From Tubiluchus corallicola (Eukaryota; Animalia; Priapulida), in NCBI GenBank assembly GCA_030141605.1, contig JAQGDQ010002060.1:1-16260 (forward strand): 16,260 bases of DNA, in the 5' to 3' direction. Under the pieces are notes generated by a model, which worked only from the letters and a program-made list of their open reading frames with translations, ran no database searches and was not told the origin of the DNA. The translations under genes and the position numbers were made by a program. How positions within the stretch are numbered: the first letter of the stretch is position 1; each line of letters opens with the position of its first letter. Below are positions 9,760-16,260 of the stretch, piece after piece.

Positions 9760-10214
9760 TCAACTCAAACAAACGGTCAACTCAAATAAACGGTCAACTC
9801 AAATAAACGGTCAACTCGAATAAACGGTCAACTCGAATAAACGGTCAACTCAAATAAACGGTCAACTCAAATAAACGGTCAACTCAAATAAATGGTCAAC
9901 TCAAATAAACGGTCAACTCAAATAAACGGTCAACTCAAATAAACGGTCAACTCAAATAAACGGTCAACTCAAATAAACGGTCAACTCAAATAAACGGTCA
10001 ACTCAAATAAACGGTCAACTCAAATAAACGATCAACTCAAATAAACGGTCAACTCAAATAAACGGTCAACTCAAATAAACGGTCAACTCGAATAAACGGT
10101 CGACTCGAATAAATGGTCAACTCGAATAAACGGTCAACTCAAATAAACGGTCAACTCGAATAAACGGTCAACTCAAATAAACGGTCAACTCAAATAAACG
10201 GTCAACTCAAACAA
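9760..10214. repeat. 17-bp minisatellite, about 26-27 copies
   Basis: Unit tcaactcaaataaacgg, highly homogeneous. Confidence 0.97.
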
Positions 10215-10685
10215 AATGTCAGTCAATGAACAAAAAACTGAAATAACGAAATTCAGAAACGGTGGCCAACTTTCACAGAAAGACGTTTATATTTATGCAA
10301 TATATATACAATGCATTGGGAAAGAAATGTCACAAAATGTGTAAGAGTGACATATATCCTAAAATGCTGGCATTTACTGTGTGTGGAAACTGCAGTACGT
10401 CTGTTCAATAGTAGAATATTACCTATTGTAACTTATGGCATTAAGAGTCTCTGTGGCGACATGTCGTTTGCACATTTTTTGAGGCTTGACTGATTAAATG
10501 AAGGTTTTGAAAAGGGTTTTGTAAATATTCGTGAATTTGTCCATTACGAAAACTTTCTTGCTGTGTAATACAGATAGATTGTAATTATTAAATACTTCAA
10601 AGTGCCCCAGACTCAAGAATTCTGCAAATATTTAGGAAAGGTCAAAGATCAAGTAGTCTACATAATGCTGAGATTCTATAACACG

Positions 10686-11149
10686 CAGGCTGCATAAGAT
10701 TATGGATATCCATAAAATAAGACCAAATATCCATAAAATAAGAAATGCATAAAATAAAAAAACATTTTTTTGTGATTTTTTGTACAAAATAAGGCAATCA
10801 AAACTGAATACAGGCATTGGATCGGAAACTTCAGCCTAGAGGGCATTCTACATTCGTACCAAATAGATGAATTATTTGAACTGAAGTGATGAATTACAAG
10901 GCATTGTCTCGTGAAATTTGAATAAACTTGAAGTGATACGAAACCGATAAAATTAAAACTAAGTCCTGCGTGTTTATAAACACGTTTCAAGCCTCCTGTT
11001 TTTACTTTTTAATTGATTTCCCCCTGGGCATCTCGTTCCAGATATAGTCTATTTCTTATTTTACTGATATCCATAAAATAAAATTTCAAAAATCCATAAA
11101 ATAAGCTATTTTATTTATTTTAAACATATCCATAATCTTATGCACCCTG
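10686..11149. mobile_element. Non-autonomous DNA transposon (hAT-like MITE)
   Basis: 24-bp terminal inverted repeats with 23/24 match (caggctgcataagattatggatat / atatccataatcttatgcaccctg); subterminal atccataaaataa repeats at both ends; target-site duplication not clean. Confidence 0.85.
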
Positions 11150-11644
11150 GTCATACACCTTCCAGTGACTTAAACCGAATGGAAGGAACCATAAGGCAGA
11201 ACCAACATGACAAGACATGCAATTCATGGGTTCCACAATAAAATCTGCTCAAACCAGCGCTTTGGTACACAACAAACTTGTGTATGTAAGCTCTGTAACT
11301 CAGAAGCTGGTTGATACCATCTCTTAACATGTATAGCAATGACTATCTCCCTATACCGTTGCGCACATAGCTAATTAATTCAAGGCCTTTCATTCTTGCT
11401 GATTAAAGTTGACCATTCTCCTTAATGTATACTCGTTAAACTATTTTAGACTATCTTATGTTGTTTTATGATGTGTGTGTTTTAAATTGTCATACCTGGT
11501 GCAATAAAATATAATAAAAATTAAAATTTTCATATTGGTATTTTGCTTTGATATTTGTAGGTTAGACTATTGCAGTTGTACCTATTTATCCAAAGGGAAA
11601 AAATGCCACACATATTTTTCCGTGTTTCATCATTTTCCCACGTT

Positions 11645-11688
11645 ACACTAACATTAACAGATCACTAACACTAACATTAACAGATCAC
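11645..11688. repeat. 23-bp tandem duplication
   Basis: acactaacattaacagatcac occurs twice. Confidence 0.85.
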
Positions 11689-11790
11689 AATAGTGATTTG
11701 TTGCTGCAGTTTTAGTTGAGAGGTTAAGCAGTTGAATATTTTGACTTAATATGATTTATTTTCCAAATCATGTTGCCAACAAAATGGCCG

Positions 11791-12107
11791 ACCTTTGAAT
11801 GATGATACCTTTGAATGATGATACCTTTGAATGATGATACCTTTGAATGATGATACATTTGAACAATGATACCTTTGACTCATGATACCTTTAAATGATG
11901 ATACCTTTAAATGATGATACCTTTGAATGATGATACCTTTGAACGATGATACCTTTGAATGATGATACCTTTGAATGATGATACCTTTGAATGATGATAC
12001 CTTTGAATGATGATACCTTTGAACGATGATACCATTGAATGATGATACCTTTGAACGATGATACCTTTGAATGATGATACATTTGAACGATGATACATTT
12101 GAATGAT
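11791..12107. repeat. 16-bp minisatellite, about 20 copies
   Basis: Unit acctttgaatgatgat; explains the ORFs at 11746-12193. Confidence 0.97.
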
Positions 12108-12206
12108 GCTGCACTATCTAAACTGTCATTACTGTGATGTGCGGTACATGCCTCTGTTAATCGACTGCAGTTACGTGAAGTGTATTTTTTCATTTCTGGT
12201 TTTTAG

Positions 12207-12302
12207 GTCTGCAAATTTGTCGAACAGGAGAGGAGAAATAAGACCGTTTATCCTCCACCAAATCAGGTCTTTTCCTGGACCAATGTCTGTGATATTTGTG
12301 AG
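12207..12302 (+). CDS. UNG: Uracil-DNA glycosylase, coding exon 3 (VCKFVEQERRNKTVYPPPNQVFSWTNVCDICE)
   Basis: 96 nt, phase 0-0, tttttAG and GTAGGT; matches human LMGFVAEERKHYTVYPPPHQVFTWTQMCDIKD. Confidence 0.96.
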
Positions 12303-12316
12303 GTAGGTGAGAGATT

Positions 12317-12770
12317 TTAGATTAGATTAGTAAAGTTAAGTTTATTTATTTCCACTCTGCATCTAACAGTTATAATAAAAATACAGATAATTTCACTGAA
12401 GTAATACAAATATAAATGCAATAGTATCCAGAAATTACAAAAGAGATTCTTATGCAGCATATACATGTGCAAATTACATTACAGAGTAATTTTGATGCAT
12501 ACAGTTTGAGCCTAAAAGCATAGCTTGACAGGCCAAACTGTACGTGGAAATCTTAAAGAAGTGATTAATAATTGAAATAATGATAATATATACATAAAAG
12601 TGTGGGGGGAGTAGTGAATGAAAGATGAAATGGAGCGAGAACTAAGAAAAACTGTGATCATGATTATAAAGTGTTCAGTAACCTGTTGAGCATAGTCACG
12701 TTTTATTAAGATTACTGTGGAAAAAGAATGCAGGTGATTACCATTATCAAACTGTGTTACTCTCAATACT
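12317..12770 (-). mobile_element. Possible decayed LINE 3' end
   Basis: Minus strand ends in aaataaataaac followed by a (ctaat)n simple-repeat tail; protein similarity is only faint. Confidence 0.35.
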
Positions 12771-12906
12771 TTTGAAATATTTCTTTTCTGGCGGTTTTTT
12801 TAAAAGTTGAAAGGAAGTGACTACATTTGGTACAATACTGCTTAATTTGCTTTACCTACAATGGGTAGGCCTGTTTACAGTTGATGGTTATGGTAGGACT
12901 GGGACC

Positions 12907-13367
12907 CAGGGATGAGAATTTTCCGCGGATACGCGGAATTCCAAGTTTTTGGAAGACCAGTAGTGCCATTTTTGTAAATCTCGTAAATTCGTTGAGAAAA
13001 TTTTTACAGACCCAGTACATTATTTCACAAGCTGACCGCTAGTTGGCAGGCCGTCACTTTGTTTACATCACGTACATCAGTGTAACCACGTGTATATCTC
13101 TATGTATAAAAATATAGAATCAATTGTGCGGAGTTATTTGAGTCAATTACAGACAGTTTTTATATACTTTTGCATAGGAGCGGCCAGTACTTAGGCGTTT
13201 TTGAGACAATTATGTATCATGTATCCTTGATAGTTGAGTATTTTAAATCATGCATGAAACAAGGTAATTGATATTTTAAGTCAACTTAAAGGTTCTCTAT
13301 GGCCTAGGTGGCCCCAAAACCCCCGGCCTGTTTCAGAGTTTTTTGCAATTCGTCATTCTCATCCCTG
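12907..13367. mobile_element. hAT-family MITE
   Basis: Perfect 13-bp terminal inverted repeats cagggatgagaat / attctcatccctg; 8-bp target-site duplication ctgggacc / ctggcacc (7/8 match). Confidence 0.9.
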
Positions 13368-13537
13368 CTGGCACCTAGTTTATTACCTAGCAGGTTGACT
13401 GTTTAAGCTGAGACACTGAGCTTCCACAATCTTATTTGTCGCGCATGAATGCACAATTTGGCAGTCTATTGTAACAGCATAAAAGCTTTAATTAAAAATA
13501 TGGAAAACTAATTACCTTGGGACAGACAGCGTTTTTA

Positions 13538-13617
13538 TTAATTGGAACGGCTTGAGCTCTTGTTATTTTCCTGACTGGCAGAGATTTTTCGTCTTAGAGA
13601 AACTGATGAATCTGACT
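13538..13617 (-). CDS. Probable last coding exon of an unidentified antisense gene (ESDSSVSLRRKISASQENNKSSSRSN*)
   Basis: ttccaacttccacAG acceptor; phase 1 matches the upstream repeated exon across an 81-nt intron; open to TAA TAA, which overlaps AATAAA. Confidence 0.55.
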
Positions 13618-13645
13618 CTGTGGAAGTTGGAATTGTACATTGTAA

Positions 13646-14215
13646 TTAGGTGCTGCCATCTATGTGCTAATCGTGTTACATTCTACCAGCTGACTTACCT
13701 TCAGTATAATTATATGATCCAGTGACTACATACACACTGGTCCTCTCCCTATCTAAAATTAATGGTTGTTGTGAAGCTTGTGCAAGTTAGGTGCTGCCAT
13801 CTATGTGCTAATCTTGTTACATTCTACCAACTGACTTACCTTCAGTATAATTGTATGGTCTAGTGACTACATACACACTGGTCCTCTCCCTATCTAAAAT
13901 TAATGGTTGTTGTGAAGCTTGTGCAAGTTAGGTGCTGCCATCTATGTGCTAATCTTGTTACATTCTACCAGCTGACTTACCTTCAGTATAATTATATGAT
14001 CCAGTGACTACATACACACTGGTCCTCTCCCTATCTAAAATTAATGGTTGTTGTTGTGAAGCTTGTGCATTGTAGTTAGGTGCTGCCATCTATGTGCTAA
14101 TCTTGTTACATTCTACCAACTGACTTACCTTCAGTATAATTGTATGGTCTAGTGACTACATACACACTGGTCCTCTCCCTATCTAAAATTAATGGTTGTT
14201 GTGAAGCCTGTGCAA
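13646..14215 (-). repeat. 141-bp tandem repeat x4 (A-B-A-B variants), each unit containing a candidate exon
   Basis: Units start at 13646, 13787, 13928 and 14076; each has minus-strand ttttAG(atAG)...GAAG|GTAAGT. Confidence 0.95.
13699..14182 (-). CDS. Four tandem candidate exons (14129-14182, 13981-14034, 13840-13893, 13699-13752): RERTSVYVVT(RP/GS)YNYTE
   Basis: Consensus donor AAG|GTAAGT, AG acceptors, one open frame in both variants, 87-94 nt introns, in phase with the exon at 13617. Confidence 0.55.
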
Positions 14216-14239
14216 CTCTGCATAGGTCAAGTTCTATAC

Positions 14240-14333
14240 CTGTATACCGGCTGTGAAACAGGTTTTACTGACTGTTTTGTGCTTTCTAGTTTTTGCTCAA
14301 TGTTCAGTGCAGCAGTTTTGCTACTCATGTTTT
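14240..14333 (-). CDS. Candidate exon of the same antisense gene (NMSSKTAALNIEQKLESTKQSVKPVSQPVYR)
   Basis: ctacAG acceptor and CAG|GTATAG donor, open frame; phase-2 end joins in frame to the distal AG of the repeated exon. Confidence 0.4.
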
Positions 14334-14601
14334 CTGTAGTTCAATAAACACTTTTCTGTTGTGTGCAGTGCAAATATTTATTATAGATTTTTGGTTACTA
14401 TCCATACTTCTCTGTGCCTAAACTCAATCATAACAAAGTGACTGAACAACAACTTCAAAAATGACTTTCACAGACTCCTTCTAACCGTTCCAGGCAGCAT
14501 ACATCTGCATTACTATTATTGAAGCACAATGTTTCACCACTATAATGTCTCTGTTTTACTGCTAGACAAATTTTAGTTGCAAAAATCTTGTATGAATGGA
14601 G

Positions 14602-14642
14602 ATAATAATGATAACAGTAACAATAATAGTAATAATAATAAT
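14602..14642. repeat. Degenerate (AAT)n microsatellite
   Basis: ataataatgataacagtaacaataatagtaataataata. Confidence 0.8.
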
Positions 14643-15089
14643 GCACATTTAACATTATCTCTCACTGTATGCATTCCCTTCGTTTGCTTGGGAGTAGCGG
14701 CCAGTCCGGGGGCGGGGGAGAGCTTATTAGCCATTGCGAGGCAACTCCCGCTGGTCAATTCATATTTTGCGATCTTTGTGCTGTACGCCTTTCATCAATG
14801 AAGTAAAAAACCCGGTGTAGCATATGATGCTATTCAGAAGCAATTTTTTCTCGTGGTCACCCATCCATTTGCAGTCAAACTAAGCTAAGTGTTGCCTCAC
14901 TGTGACTGCTCTGCTATTGCTAATGAACTCTTTTCAAATTATTCTCCAGACTACGGACTAACGTTCTACAGCAACCGAAAAACCATAAAGATTCATTGTT
15001 CATAGAACTTTGGTAGATTGAGAGTAAAAATTCAGAGATTAAAGTATTTTTAAAGTAATCACCTTTTGGTAAAAGCTTCTACCTTCATT

Positions 15090-15558
15090 TCTTCATTTTA
15101 TAACTACAGTCTCTGCAAACTTAAAGTAGCTCACAACATTTCAAAACGCAAACTTTTCAACTACCCATATGATTATAGTTCTAGGACCATTTCAGTAGAC
15201 CACGACGTTTTATACTTTGATGTAATACATAGGAAAACTGCATACAGTCTATACAGTAGAGTAATGCAAAGCTCAAATCTTCTCATAAACGCATTGAATA
15301 ACAGTGACGCATTTTACACTTCAGACATAAGAGACCAGTGGAGGAAAGTGTTAGGTAGAAATTATGAGTAACGATCCAGGCTGGAAGCATGATATTGTAT
15401 TTATATATATATAGATTGTACTGTTGTTTTATTTATTTATGTATTAATTTGCATGTGTTGAGAGGAGGTGTTATAATTATTGTATGTCTTGTAATTATTG
15501 TATGTTATGTATTCTATGAACTTGGTTCGAAATAAAGAGTTGAATCAAATAAAAAAAA
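15090..15558 (+). mobile_element. 5'-truncated LINE 3' end (L2/Daphne/Crack-like ORF2 C-terminus plus 3' UTR)
   Basis: KLKVAHN...RKLFNYPYDYSSR...FDVIHRKTAYSLYSRVMQSSNLLINAL...W motif, AT-rich UTR, AATAAA and A-rich tail. Confidence 0.7.
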
Positions 15559-16096
15559 TGAGAGGGTAAAGTACCAGGCAGCAGTTTGCACATGTGAAGT
15601 TGTGCATAAATTGACCTAAAACCTGTGATATTGATGGTTTGACTTCGAATATTAATGGCTGCATTACACTACCGTTACCTGTTAATGCACGGACGTCATT
15701 AATTCTCACCTGTATTGTTTATTGCGCTTTTTGCATAGAGATAATTAATCACCTTAACTCACCGACGTACGTGCTTGAGTTAGCTTTTAAAATCGTTGCT
15801 CGTTTACGACTGTAGTCAACGGCAACGGCAACGGCATGTTTTAATGCTCCCTACTAAGTCATTGTCGTGAAGCTCACGATTTCTTTTTCTTATTTTTTAT
15901 TAGTTCTTAATTATGATCATTAGTCATATTATTACATTCTCTTGTTAAAACATTAAAAATCCCACACAAGAAATTTCAGCTATAAAATAAGTCTATTCTT
16001 TATATACAGTCTAAACTTTCATCCTTGAACTATGTAGTATGCATAACATTTACCTTCATTGAACTGCTGGCTTCCTTGCTTCATGGAAAAACTTAC

Positions 16097-16143
16097 CTGG
16101 GCAGTTGGTTTTCAGAGATCACTGAGTAAGCATGCGACTTAAA
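16097..16143 (-). CDS. Candidate 47-nt exon of an antisense gene (FKSHAYSVISENQLP)
   Basis: ttgctctctcAG acceptor and CAG|GTAAGT donor; only one open frame, in phase with the partial exon at the window end. Confidence 0.55.
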
Positions 16144-16242
16144 CTGAGAGAGCAATGTATAGTGTTATTAATGATTTATATAAATAAAGCTCACCTGTAT
16201 TCTACTTGAATTCTACCTGTATTCTAGTGTCTTAGCAATTAC

Positions 16243-16260
16243 CTTCAGAACTTCTTCATA
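16243..16260 (-). CDS. Candidate partial exon (YEEVLK) cut by the window edge
   Basis: AAG|GTAATT donor; 99-nt intron to the 47-nt exon; phase 0. Confidence 0.4.

Larger units (their letters stand above)
9735..11520 (+). mobile_element. Decayed LINE (3' part of ORF2, clade uncertain, RTE-X-like), interrupted by a minisatellite and a MITE
   Basis: Collinear remnants ALQAAINS..MSVNEQKTEITKFRNGG (end of RT), AVRLFNSRILPIVTYG, and TRHAIHGFHNKIC...CVCKLC...YHLLTC (Cys/His knuckle), followed by AATAAA and an A-rich tail near 11503-11520. Confidence 0.7.

Noticed and set aside
9760-10214. CRISPR-like array (also considered for the other tandem arrays)
   Set aside because: Head-to-tail units with no unique spacers, eukaryotic context, no cas genes
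11746-12193. Overlapping repetitive ORFs
   Set aside because: Translation of the 16-bp minisatellite
12103-12306. 67-aa ORF over UNG exon 3; likewise ORFs 9033-9392 and 9306-9521 over exon 2
   Set aside because: Wrong frame or strand relative to the conserved UNG reading frame
14226-14262. UNG exon 4 candidate starting atAG|GTC AAG (VK)
   Set aside because: Continues FYTCIPAV rather than VVILGQDPY
15590-16010. Possible DNA transposon remnant (CpG-richer segment)
   Set aside because: Could not identify terminal inverted repeats or a target-site duplication
16089-16130. U1 snRNA-like start ACTTACCTGG
   Set aside because: No convincing U1 body follows; better explained as a minus-strand 5' splice site

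Overview
AT-rich, intron-containing eukaryotic (probably invertebrate animal) genomic DNA; most ORFs in the supplied track are artefacts of tandem repeats. From left to right: (1) probable 3' exons of a Cys-rich + strand gene whose last large exon is partly amplified as a 105-bp tandem repeat; (2) two minus-strand U5 snRNA genes with an identical 78-nt core, identically spaced upstream promoter motifs, but divergent non-canonical Sm sites and 3' stem-loops; (3) the first three coding exons of uracil-DNA glycosylase (UNG; 7922-7981, 9310-9537, 12207-12302), with introns full of LINE fragments, MITEs and minisatellites; (4) downstream of UNG exon 3, the probable 3' end of an antisense gene in which a 141-bp unit carrying a small exon with both splice sites is repeated four times. 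The most unusual signals are the two 'minisatellites' that appear to be amplified exons, and the U5 variant pair. I see no evidence of a prokaryote-type system such as CRISPR. All calls are by eye and need RNA-seq or database confirmation.
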